Assembly (NCBI GenBank): GCA_040401095.1
Contig: JBBAOY010000005.1
Span: 4,114 to 68,113 of the forward strand
Reading direction: 5' to 3'
Length of the DNA: 64,000 nucleotides
Origin: Limnohabitans sp.
Lineage (GTDB): Bacteria > Pseudomonadota > Gammaproteobacteria > Burkholderiales > Burkholderiaceae_C
Every line of letters begins with the position of its first letter. Position 1 is the first letter of the stretch. This document shows, piece after piece, positions 42,280-50,408 of this stretch. Below the pieces are notes generated by a model that searched no databases, had not been told where the DNA came from, and was given only the letters and a program-made list of their open reading frames with translations. The position numbers were made by a program, and so were the translations under genes.

Positions 42280-43464
42280 TTAATTGGGAGATTCAATGCC
42301 AAACACTTGGCGCAAATAAGCCAAATATTTTTGGTCTTCACACATATTTTTTGAAGGCGTGTCTGACAGTTTAGCCACTGGCTGGCCGTTGCACTCAACC
42401 ATCTTGATCACAATTTGCAAGGGCTCATACCCCAAATCGTTGGTCAAATTGGTGCCAATTCCAAATGCGAGTTGGCAACGTCCTCTGAATTGTTGGTAGA
42501 GGGCGATGATGCGCTCCACCGTCAGTCCATCACTAAAAATCAATGTCTTGGTCATGGGGTCGACGCGGTTGTTGCAGTAGTGCTCGATCATGCGCTCGCC
42601 CCAAATGAATGGATCTCCGCTGTCATGGCGAGCGCCGTCAAACAGCTTGCAGAAATACATATCGAAGTCGCGTAAAAACGGCTCGATGCCGTAAACGTCG
42701 CTCAAAGCAATGCCTAAGTCGCCACGGTATTCACGCGCCCAAGTTTCAAAACCAAACACTTGGCTATCTCGCAAGCGAGGCCCCAAGGCTTGGCAAGCTT
42801 GCAAATATTCGTGTGCCATGGTGCCAAGCGGACGCAAATTGAGTTTCATAGCGAACAAGGCATTGCTGGTGCCTGCAAGTTGTCCTTCAGGCTGATTGCC
42901 TAATTTGACAGAAAGCACACCCAATATTTCTTCATGCCACGCTTTGGAAAAACGGCGACGTGTTCCGTAGTCAGCTATCTTCAAATCGCTGAGTCTTTCA
43001 GCACGCAGCGTTTCGATTTTTCTCTCTAAGCGTTGGCGGCCTTCCACATAGTTTGGTGCCTTTTGGGTATTACGAAAATACACCTCGTTCACAATGGCCA
43101 AGACAGGAATCTCAAACAAGATGGTGTGCAACCAAGGGCCTTGAATGGTGATGTCTATCTCATCGTTTTGTGTAGGCGTAACTTGTATGTATTTTTCATT
43201 CAGCCTGAATAAACCTAAGAAATCAATGAAATCACTTTTTATAAACCGCAGGCTGCGTAACCACGCCAACTCTTCATCTTGGAATTTCAAACTGCACAAG
43301 GATTTAATTTCGCTACGAATTTCCTGCACATAAGGCGCCAGCGAAATGCCAGGATTACGGCATTTAAATTTATAAGTAACTTGCGCACTAGGAAACTGAT
43401 GCAGCACAGCCTGCATCATGGTGAACTTATAGAGGTCTGTATCGAGCAGACTGGTGATGATCAT
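42280..43464 (-). CDS. pncB: Nicotinate phosphoribosyltransferase
   Basis: [25 protein letters not shown] and GTMAHEY motifs. Confidence 0.93.
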   Translation of the reverse strand: MIITSLLDTDLYKFTMMQAVLHQFPSAQVTYKFKCRNPGISLAPYVQEIRSEIKSLCSLKFQDEELAWLRSLRFIKSDFIDFLGLFRLNEKYIQVTPTQNDEIDITIQGPWLHTILFEIPVLAIVNEVYFRNTQKAPNYVEGRQRLERKIETLRAERLSDLKIADYGTRRRFSKAWHEEILGVLSVKLGNQPEGQLAGTSNALFAMKLNLRPLGTMAHEYLQACQALGPRLRDSQVFGFETWAREYRGDLGIALSDVYGIEPFLRDFDMYFCKLFDGARHDSGDPFIWGERMIEHYCNNRVDPMTKTLIFSDGLTVERIIALYQQFRGRCQLAFGIGTNLTNDLGYEPLQIVIKMVECNGQPVAKLSDTPSKNMCEDQKYLAYLRQVFGIESPN

Positions 43465-43468
43465 GGGT

Positions 43469-44179
43469 TCAGTCGCGCCAATGGGTAAATTCTTCAGCAG
43501 GAATGCGCGGCGTTGTAAAAGTGTTCACCTTGTCGGAGGTGTCCGCCCAACCAAGCGACATGCCGCACACCAGCATCTCGCCCTCACCCGCACCAATGTG
43601 CGGCAGGATGATGCTGTGGAAGTTGTTCCAAGCCGCTTGAGGGCAGGTATGCAAACCACGCGCGCGCGCCGCCAACATGATGTTTTGCACAAACATGCCG
43701 TAATCAAACATAGACCCGCGACCCATGATGGGGTCTAGGGTGAACATCATTCCAACAGGGGCATCAAAGAATTTGAAGTTACGCTGTTGTTGCAAATGCA
43801 TCTTGTCTTTGTCGCCTTTTCCAATACCTAGCAAGCCGTACAAGCTCCAACCGTTTTCGCGACGACGGTCAATATAGGGGCTGACCCACTGCGTCGGGTA
43901 GTAGTCGTATTGCTCTTGGTATTGCTTGGCCACTTCTGGATTGGCACGACTGGCGTCATGCGCGGCACAGACTTTTTCTACCAGCGTGTCGCGGCTGTTA
44001 CCTTGCAAGACATAGACTTTCCAAGGCTGGGTGTTGGTGCCCGATGGTGCGCGGCTCGCGACTTGCAAGATCTCGGTGATCAAGGCTTTGGGCACAGCTT
44101 GGTTTGTGAAAGCACGGGTGGACATGCGCGAGGTGATGGCATGGTCAACGGCTTGGCTGTCGCTTAAGGGGGCGGTCAT
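43469..44179 (-). CDS. Nitroreductase-family flavoprotein
   Basis: [41 protein letters not shown] is the classic NfsA/NfsB-fold motif. Confidence 0.85.
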   Translation of the reverse strand: MTAPLSDSQAVDHAITSRMSTRAFTNQAVPKALITEILQVASRAPSGTNTQPWKVYVLQGNSRDTLVEKVCAAHDASRANPEVAKQYQEQYDYYPTQWVSPYIDRRRENGWSLYGLLGIGKGDKDKMHLQQQRNFKFFDAPVGMMFTLDPIMGRGSMFDYGMFVQNIMLAARARGLHTCPQAAWNNFHSIILPHIGAGEGEMLVCGMSLGWADTSDKVNTFTTPRIPAEEFTHWRD

Positions 44180-44625
44180 CTCAATTTCTCCAAAACATTT
44201 TGTAACTCAGGGGCTAAGTTCAGTACGGGGCGTCTGTCGTGCGCGTTCACATAAACATGGACAAAGTGTGCCAGCGCGGCACAAAGTTCCTCACTCTGAG
44301 CGAACAATCCTACTTCGTACCTGACACTGGATTTCCCAATTTTGCTGACGCGTATACCCGCCTCAATGGTTTGCGGAAAGGCCAGGGGCGCGAAAAAATT
44401 GCAATGGTTCTCGATCACTAAGCCAATCGTTTTGCCAGCGTGGATGTCTAAGGCACCCTGCTCGATGAGATGGGCATTGACCGCCGTATCGACATAGCTG
44501 TAGTAAACCGCGTTGTTGATGTGGCCGTAAACGTCGTTGTCTTCCCAACGCGAGGTGATTTGTCGAAATACTTTGAAAGTACTACGCGACTGTGGTAAGA
44601 CGCGTTCGATAGGTTTTTCACTCAT
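44176..44625 (-). CDS. Hotdog-fold acyl-CoA thioesterase (4HBT/YbgC-like)
   Basis: 149 aa. RWEDNDVYGHINNAVYYSYVDTAV matches the 4HBT catalytic region. ATGA overlaps at both ends. Confidence 0.78.
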   Translation of the reverse strand: MSEKPIERVLPQSRSTFKVFRQITSRWEDNDVYGHINNAVYYSYVDTAVNAHLIEQGALDIHAGKTIGLVIENHCNFFAPLAFPQTIEAGIRVSKIGKSSVRYEVGLFAQSEELCAALAHFVHVYVNAHDRRPVLNLAPELQNVLEKLR

Positions 44626-45557
44626 AAGTTGCGATTTTGCCAGCGTTGCCAGTACGCATAGGCGACACGGTAGGTGTTCATTTGCACCTGCACCGTGTCG
44701 GCGATGTTCTCGCCATAACCTCCGGCCATGGCGAAAGCCATTGGGATGCCTTTTTGAAAGGCCCAGTCAAATACCCGCCTGTCTCGCGCCTCTAGCCCAT
44801 CGAAAGTCAACTTGAGTCGGCCTAGGCGATCGCCTTCATGCGGATCGGCGCCAGCCAGATAAATCACCAAGCTCGGTTCAAAGCGGTTTTCTAGGGCCTC
44901 CAGCGCTTGATCTAAAGCTTCTAAATAGGCTGCGTCGTCGCAACCGTCTGGCAGTTCCACGTCTAAGTCGCTGGTTTCTTTGGCAAAAGGAAAGTTTCTG
45001 GCGCCGTGGATGGAGAGCGTGAAAACCGAGTCATCTTGTCCAAAGATGTGCGCGGTGCCATTGCCTTGGTGCACATCTAGATCGATGATGGCCACTTTCA
45101 AAGGATGTCGGTGCTGGCGACCCCATTCGCTTTGCATCAAACGGGTGGCAACCGCCGCGTCGTTGAAAACACAAAAGCCGCTTCCTTTATCCGCATAGGC
45201 ATGGTGGGTTCCCCCTGCCAAATTAGCGGCAATGGCCTCGCGCCCAAATAAAGCAGCCCTAGCCGCCATGATGGTGGCGCCAGTGGAGCGCCTGGACCTT
45301 GCCACCATTTCTGGTGACCAAGGAAAGCCAATTTCGCGCTGCGCCTTGTCGCCTAATGTGCCTTGCACTACCGCTTTTATATAGTGTGGCGCGTGCACCA
45401 AGGCCAATTCGCCATCGGTAGCGGGTTCTGCGACGTTGGTTTGTATGGCGGGAATCTCCACTGCCAAGCGGTCTCGCAAAACGCGGTACTTGCCCATGGG
45501 AAATCGGTGTCCCTGGGGAAGCGGTAATACAAATTGATCCGAATAAAAAGCGCGCAT
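44622..45557 (-). CDS. Zn-dependent histone-deacetylase-family amidohydrolase (short, about 310 aa form)
   Basis: GGTHHAYADKGSGFCVFND and IIDLDVHQGNGT metal/catalytic motifs, plus LAGADPHEGD. Confidence 0.87.
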   Translation of the reverse strand: MRAFYSDQFVLPLPQGHRFPMGKYRVLRDRLAVEIPAIQTNVAEPATDGELALVHAPHYIKAVVQGTLGDKAQREIGFPWSPEMVARSRRSTGATIMAARAALFGREAIAANLAGGTHHAYADKGSGFCVFNDAAVATRLMQSEWGRQHRHPLKVAIIDLDVHQGNGTAHIFGQDDSVFTLSIHGARNFPFAKETSDLDVELPDGCDDAAYLEALDQALEALENRFEPSLVIYLAGADPHEGDRLGRLKLTFDGLEARDRRVFDWAFQKGIPMAFAMAGGYGENIADTVQVQMNTYRVAYAYWQRWQNRNL

Positions 45558-45697
45558 AACCCCTGTTTGGCATTGTCTTGATAGCCCATTGTCTCCGCCT
45601 GCCCCGTTAAGTCGGTATTTAGGCTGTCACCTCTAAAGCACGCGCCTAACCCCTCCAAAGTGTTGCAAAACCTCGGGATAACCCTAAACTACATTCC

Positions 45698-45711
45698 ATT
45701 GCTGCAAAGCA
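45698..45711. promoter_or_regulatory. TGC-rich inverted repeat TTGCTGCAAAGCAA upstream of phaP, candidate PhaR-type operator
   Basis: TTGCT-gcaa-AGCAA lies 37 nt before the phaP ATG. A second TGCAAAAC copy is at 45663-45670. Confidence 0.25.
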
Positions 45712-45747
45712 ACATTTTTTCCAACTTTCACACTTCTGGAGATTCAC

Positions 45748-46290
45748 ATGATCACTAACGAACAAATCGTCGCTTCTAACAAAGCCGCCCTGAACAATGC
45801 ATTCGCCATGAGCAATGACGCTTTCTCTAGCGTTGAAAAGCTAGTCGAACTCAACTTGACTGCAGCACGCAGCTCATTGACTGAGTCTGCTGACTTCTTC
45901 AAAAGCTTGATGGGTGCTAAAGACCCACAGCAATTCTTGGCACTCCAAGCTGAGTTTTTCCAACCCTTGGCTGAAAAAACTGCTTCTTACTCACGCCATG
46001 TGTATGAAATCACCTCTGAGTCTGGCGCTGAATTAGGCAAGGCTGTTGAAGCCAAAGCCACTGAAGCACAAAAGCAAATGGTTAGCTTTTTTGACTCTGC
46101 CTTGAAAAACGCACCTGCCGGCTCTGAGTCTGCCGTTGCTTTCTTGAAGCAAGCACTGAACGCCAGCAACACTGCTGCTGAATCCGTTCAAAAAGTTGTC
46201 AAGCAAGCTACTGACTTGGCCGAAAGCAACTTCCACGCTGTGACTGAGACTGCTACAAAAGTAAGCAAGACAGTTGCTAAAAAGCGTTAA
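45748..46290 (+). CDS. phaP: Phasin (PHA granule-associated protein)
   Basis: 180 aa, Ala-rich and helical. NKAALNNAFAMSNDAFSSVEKLVELNLTAARSSL matches the phasin family. Strong RBS GGAGA and a terminator follow the gene. Confidence 0.87.
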   Translation: MITNEQIVASNKAALNNAFAMSNDAFSSVEKLVELNLTAARSSLTESADFFKSLMGAKDPQQFLALQAEFFQPLAEKTASYSRHVYEITSESGAELGKAVEAKATEAQKQMVSFFDSALKNAPAGSESAVAFLKQALNASNTAAESVQKVVKQATDLAESNFHAVTETATKVSKTVAKKR

Positions 46291-46348
46291 TCTGAAAAGA
46301 TTGTCTCCTCGGATCTTTACAACACCCTAGGTGTTGAGATCTCTTGCA

Positions 46349-46379
46349 GGGCCCGTTGAAAAACGGGCCCTCTTTTTTT
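46349..46379 (+). terminator. Intrinsic terminator after phaP
   Basis: GGGCCCGTT-gaaa-AACGGGCCC followed by TCTTTTTTT. Overlaps the stop codon of the convergent patatin gene. Confidence 0.85.
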
Positions 46380-47382
46380 AGCGGGGCGAAAGTGCGGCGC
46401 GTACTTTTGGAAGGGCTGCCAGCATGGCAGCGCGTCCAGCTTCGATAGATTTGCGTCTAGCGCTAAATTCTGCTGCGCCTATCGCGCCAAGAGAAGGCCT
46501 CACTACAACGTCGGCCTCGCGCAACTCATAGTTGTTGATGCTCTTTCCCATGATGGTGAAGGTTTGCATCAATATTTGAAACATATCGCCTGTTTTTGCA
46601 GTCTCTGGTGTGCTTGAAATGTCTACTGCCAGCACAAACTCTGCGCCCATTTGGCGGGCAAATCGCACTGGCACTGGTGAGACCAAGCCGCCGTCGACAA
46701 ACTCTCGTGTGCCAATCTTGACGGGCTCAAACACAGAAGGCACCGAACTCGACGCCCGCACCGCCGTGCCTAAATCGCCACGTTGGAACAAAACACCCTG
46801 CCCCGTGTGCAAATCGGTAGCGACCACGCCCAAAGACATGGGTAAGTCTTCGATCTTTTGGTTGCCTGTTTTGCTGTTGACATAGCGCGCCAAAGCGTCG
46901 CCCCGCATCATGCCGCGGCCCAGCAGAGGGATGGTCCAGTCGGTGATCGTCGCTTCGTCCATGGTCTCGGACAACTGCTGCAATTGCGCCCCGTTTTTTC
47001 CACTGGCGTAGAAGGCCGCGACCAAACTACCCGCAGAAGTTCCCACAACGAAGTCGGGTTTAAGCCCCGCTTCTTCCAGTACTTGGATCACGCCCACGTG
47101 GGCAAATCCTCTTGCCGCGCCGCCGCCTAAGGCCAACCCGAACTTGGGAACTCGCTTGACTGCAGACGTATCCGCCGGAGATTCTTTGTTAGTGCCTTCA
47201 GATGCTGCGCCCGTGCTGGATTTAACAGGCCCTTGCGTGCTACAAGCCGTCATCACTGCCAAAAAGGCACACAACACCAACTTGCCTATTGCGCTGTTCG
47301 CCTTAACACCCAATCCACATGACTGGAATACAACCGTAGTGTTTTGGTCAGTGGTTTTGTGTAGCGCTGTAGTTTGAGGCAT
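46378..47382 (-). CDS. Patatin-like phospholipase, probable lipoprotein
   Basis: GLALGGGAARGFAHVGV oxyanion motif and GTSAGS nucleophile elbow. N-terminal lipobox-like LAVMTAC. The exact start is uncertain. Confidence 0.83.
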   Translation of the reverse strand: MPQTTALHKTTDQNTTVVFQSCGLGVKANSAIGKLVLCAFLAVMTACSTQGPVKSSTGAASEGTNKESPADTSAVKRVPKFGLALGGGAARGFAHVGVIQVLEEAGLKPDFVVGTSAGSLVAAFYASGKNGAQLQQLSETMDEATITDWTIPLLGRGMMRGDALARYVNSKTGNQKIEDLPMSLGVVATDLHTGQGVLFQRGDLGTAVRASSSVPSVFEPVKIGTREFVDGGLVSPVPVRFARQMGAEFVLAVDISSTPETAKTGDMFQILMQTFTIMGKSINNYELREADVVVRPSLGAIGAAEFSARRKSIEAGRAAMLAALPKVRAALSPR

Positions 47383-47466
47383 TGGATTTCTTATTCTGAA
47401 AGGTGGCTTTTATCAGCTGGCGATCTGCAAGCCAACAGATTGTCCCCGATCGACGATCCAGCATAA

Positions 47467-47487
47467 TTTACGTTTCGTCAACGTAAA
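47467..47487. promoter_or_regulatory. Perfect inverted repeat TTTACGTT-N5-AACGTAAA, candidate operator
   Basis: Read directly at 47467-47474 and 47480-47487, 41 nt upstream of the SDR ATG, in the divergent patatin/SDR-dnaG control region. Confidence 0.35.
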
Positions 47488-47528
47488 AACACACGTCTGA
47501 CTCCCTCATTCACACATCGGAGATATTC

Positions 47529-48287
47529 ATGGACATCCAAGGCAAGGTTTTTATCGTCACAGGCGGAGCATCAGGTTTGGGCGAAGGAACAGCCCGCGCC
47601 TTGGCGCAACATGGCGCGCATGTGGTAATTGCCGATATGCAGGTTGAAAAAGGCCAAACTGTTGCCAAAGACATCGGTGGCGCGTTTGTTGCCTGCGACG
47701 TCAGCAAAGAAGCCGACGGACAAGCCGTTATTGCTAAGGCGGTGTCTATGGGCAAATTGATGGGTTTGGTCAACTGCGCAGGCATCGCCCCCGCAGAGAA
47801 AACCGTCGGCAAACACGGCGCGCACAAATTAGATGTTTTCACCAAGACGATCACGGTCAACTTGATCGGCAGCTTCAACATGATCCGCTTGGCGGCAGAA
47901 GCCATGAGCCAAAACGAACCTGAGTCCAGCGGCGAGCGCGGCGTCATCATCTCAACCGCCTCAGTGGCTGCCTATGACGGCCAAATGGGGCAAGCCGCTT
48001 ACAGCGCTTCTAAGGGCGGTGTAGTGGGCATGACGCTCCCCATCGCCCGCGACTTGGCGCGCAATGGCATCCGCAATATGACAATCGCCCCTGGCATCTT
48101 CCGCACCCCCATGATGTTTGGCCTGCCCCAAGAGGTACAAGACTCACTGGCCGCCAGCGTGCCCTTCCCTTCGCGCTTAGGCACGCCGCAGGACTACGCC
48201 AAGCTCGCACTGCATATTTTTGAAAATGAAATGCTCAATGGCGAAGTCATTCGCTTGGATGGCGCTATTCGCCTCGCGCCTAAATAA
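47529..48287 (+). CDS. Short-chain 3-hydroxyacyl-CoA dehydrogenase (HSD10/FadB2x-like SDR)
   Basis: [33 protein letters not shown]...YSASKGG, and C-terminus [15 protein letters not shown] typical of type II HADH. Confidence 0.83.
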   Translation: MDIQGKVFIVTGGASGLGEGTARALAQHGAHVVIADMQVEKGQTVAKDIGGAFVACDVSKEADGQAVIAKAVSMGKLMGLVNCAGIAPAEKTVGKHGAHKLDVFTKTITVNLIGSFNMIRLAAEAMSQNEPESSGERGVIISTASVAAYDGQMGQAAYSASKGGVVGMTLPIARDLARNGIRNMTIAPGIFRTPMMFGLPQEVQDSLAASVPFPSRLGTPQDYAKLALHIFENEMLNGEVIRLDGAIRLAPK

Positions 48288-48301
48288 TCCTCTTTGCTTT
48301 C

Positions 48302-50158
48302 ATGGCGATCCCACAAACCTTCATCCAAGAACTCCTCGACCGCACCGACGTGGTCGAGGTGGTGGGACGCTACGTCACCCTCAAAAAAGGCGGCGCCAAT
48401 TACATGGGGCTGTGCCCCTTCCACGGCGAAAAATCGCCCTCTTTCACAGTCAGTCCGACCAAGCAGTTTTTCCATTGTTTTGGCTGCGGTAAAAACGGCA
48501 ATGCCATTGGTTTTTTAATAGACCACGCCGGCATGAACTTTGTAGAAGCCGTCAAAGACCTAGCCCAAAACGCAGGCATGCAAGTGCCTGAAGAAGACGT
48601 CTCGCCACAGGACCGCGAGCGCGCTGCACAAGCCCGACAAAAGCAAACCACTTTGACCGAAGTATTGGAAAAAGCGGTTGAGGCCTATCGCAAACAGCTC
48701 AAGTCATCGCCCCAAGCCATCGCCTATTTCAAGAATCGGGGCTTAAGCGGAGAAATCGCCAGACAGTTTGGTTTGGGCTACGCCCCAGACGGATGGCGAA
48801 GCCTGGCCAGCGTGTTTCCAGACTACCAAGATCCGCTTTTGGTGGAAAGCGGCTTGGTCATCACCCAACAAGAAAACGGTGAAGACGAAAAACGCTACGA
48901 CCGTTTTCGTGACCGCGTCATGTTTCCTATTCGCAATATCAAAGGCGAGTGCATAGGTTTTGGTGGCCGTGTTTTAGGCGACGGCACGCCTAAATATCTG
49001 AATTCGCCAGAGACGCCCGTATTTAGCAAGGGTCGCGAACTCTACGGCCTATTTGAGGCACGCCAAGCGATGCGCGATCTTGGCTACGCCTTGGTCACCG
49101 AAGGCTATATGGACGTGGTAGCTCTCTCCCAACTCGGGTTTGCCAATGCAGTCGCCACACTGGGTACGGCCTGCACGGCAGACCACATCCAAAAACTTTT
49201 TCGGTTCACCGACAACGTCGTGTTTGCTTTTGACGGAGACAGCGCAGGACGCCGTGCCGCGAAAAAAGCACTGGACGGCGCGCTGAGTTTTGCCAGCGAT
49301 GTACGCAGCATCAAGTTTTTGTTTTTGCCCACTGAACATGACCCCGACAGCTACATCCGCACTTTTGGCAAAGACGCTTTTGCCCATGCCGTCACCGAAG
49401 CGATGCCTTTGAGTCGCATGCTGATTGAAGTGGCCCGCGAAGGCTGCGACTTGCTCAGCGCCGAGGGCCGCGCGCACCTCGCCAGTAACGCCAAGCCCAT
49501 GTGGATGGCTTTGCCTGATGGCGCGCTCAAACGCCAATTGCTAGGCGAAATTGCCAGCCTGTGTGAACTCGGCACCAATGAATTGCAAGACCTGTGGATA
49601 CCACCGAGTCCCACCGCCAAGCGCAGTTTTGATTTCAAGAAAAAGCCCCGTACTTGGACGCGCGGTACCAGGCAAATTCCAGCAGGCCGTGCTGACCACG
49701 CCGCGCGCGTCTTGCTCTCCAACATGGAAATTTGGCAAGAGCTGTCGGGTGAAGACCATGACCTTTTGTGCAGCCTCGCCCCGCCCCATGGCCCCTTGTT
49801 TGTCTGGATCGACCACCAGCATCACGAGCACGGCAACCTCAGTTGGGCGGCTTTGCTTGAAGGCTTGCGCGGCCATGAATGCGAGCCCTTGGCAACGCGC
49901 GTGATGTCCACCAGTTTTACCAACACGGTGGACGACTCTGACGCCACACAAGCGCAAGATGCCGCCAACGACAAACAAGCCAGAGATGCGCGCCAAGAAT
50001 TGCAAAGCATTTTGCAAAAAATATTGCTCGAGAACTTAGACGCCCAGATGAAGCAAGCGATCGAAAGCTCGCAATCGGACCCCACCGCCCTTACCCGCTA
50101 CAAAGCCTTGTATGAGCGGCGCAAACAAATAGGCCTGAACGCTGCCCCTGCCCCCTAA
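48302..50158 (+). CDS. dnaG: DNA primase
   Basis: Zn ribbon CPFHGEKSPSFTVSPTKQFFHCFGCG, TOPRIM (EGYMDVV, FDGDSAGRRAA), and a C-terminal DnaB-interaction region. Confidence 0.96.
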   Translation: MAIPQTFIQELLDRTDVVEVVGRYVTLKKGGANYMGLCPFHGEKSPSFTVSPTKQFFHCFGCGKNGNAIGFLIDHAGMNFVEAVKDLAQNAGMQVPEEDVSPQDRERAAQARQKQTTLTEVLEKAVEAYRKQLKSSPQAIAYFKNRGLSGEIARQFGLGYAPDGWRSLASVFPDYQDPLLVESGLVITQQENGEDEKRYDRFRDRVMFPIRNIKGECIGFGGRVLGDGTPKYLNSPETPVFSKGRELYGLFEARQAMRDLGYALVTEGYMDVVALSQLGFANAVATLGTACTADHIQKLFRFTDNVVFAFDGDSAGRRAAKKALDGALSFASDVRSIKFLFLPTEHDPDSYIRTFGKDAFAHAVTEAMPLSRMLIEVAREGCDLLSAEGRAHLASNAKPMWMALPDGALKRQLLGEIASLCELGTNELQDLWIPPSPTAKRSFDFKKKPRTWTRGTRQIPAGRADHAARVLLSNMEIWQELSGEDHDLLCSLAPPHGPLFVWIDHQHHEHGNLSWAALLEGLRGHECEPLATRVMSTSFTNTVDDSDATQAQDAANDKQARDARQELQSILQKILLENLDAQMKQAIESSQSDPTALTRYKALYERRKQIGLNAAPAP

Positions 50159-50175
50159 AAAACCTCGATAGGGGC

Positions 50176-50203
50176 TTGCTAAATCAGGGGATATAGGTAA
50201 AAT
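50176..50203 (+). promoter_or_regulatory. Candidate sigma-70 promoter in the dnaG-rpoD spacer
   Basis: TTGCTA, a 16-nt spacer, then TAAAAT. Would give an rpoD leader of about 200 nt. Sequence match only. Confidence 0.35.
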
Positions 50204-50352
50204 CCACATCTTTGGCAAGTGCGACAGCAGCACCTCCGGGCCAGGCCAACCGTGACATCAGTGCACGACTCGCCGCTAACCGCAAGGACTGCACACCAAA
50301 TGTTCGCCCACCTCGCTTGCCTAATTCCTAGGGTTCCTCCCTTTCCAGTTCA

Positions 50353-50381
50353 TTGACGCGCAGTTTTCAGCGCCGAATATG
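50353..50381 (+). promoter_or_regulatory. Candidate proximal rpoD promoter
   Basis: TTGACG, a 16-17 nt spacer, then GAATAT/AATATG, about 30 nt before the ATG. Sequence match only. Confidence 0.3.
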
Positions 50382-50408
50382 TGTTTCATTTGAAATTCAG
50401 GAGTTTTC

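Noticed and set aside
47510-47950. 146-aa minus-strand ORF
   Set aside because: It is antisense to the well-supported SDR gene and has low-complexity composition.
50300-50356. 18-codon ORF MFAHLACLIPRVPPFPVH in the dnaG-rpoD spacer as a possible leader peptide
   Set aside because: There is no Shine-Dalgarno sequence upstream, no regulatory codon run, and no adjacent attenuator hairpin. There is nothing to support translation.
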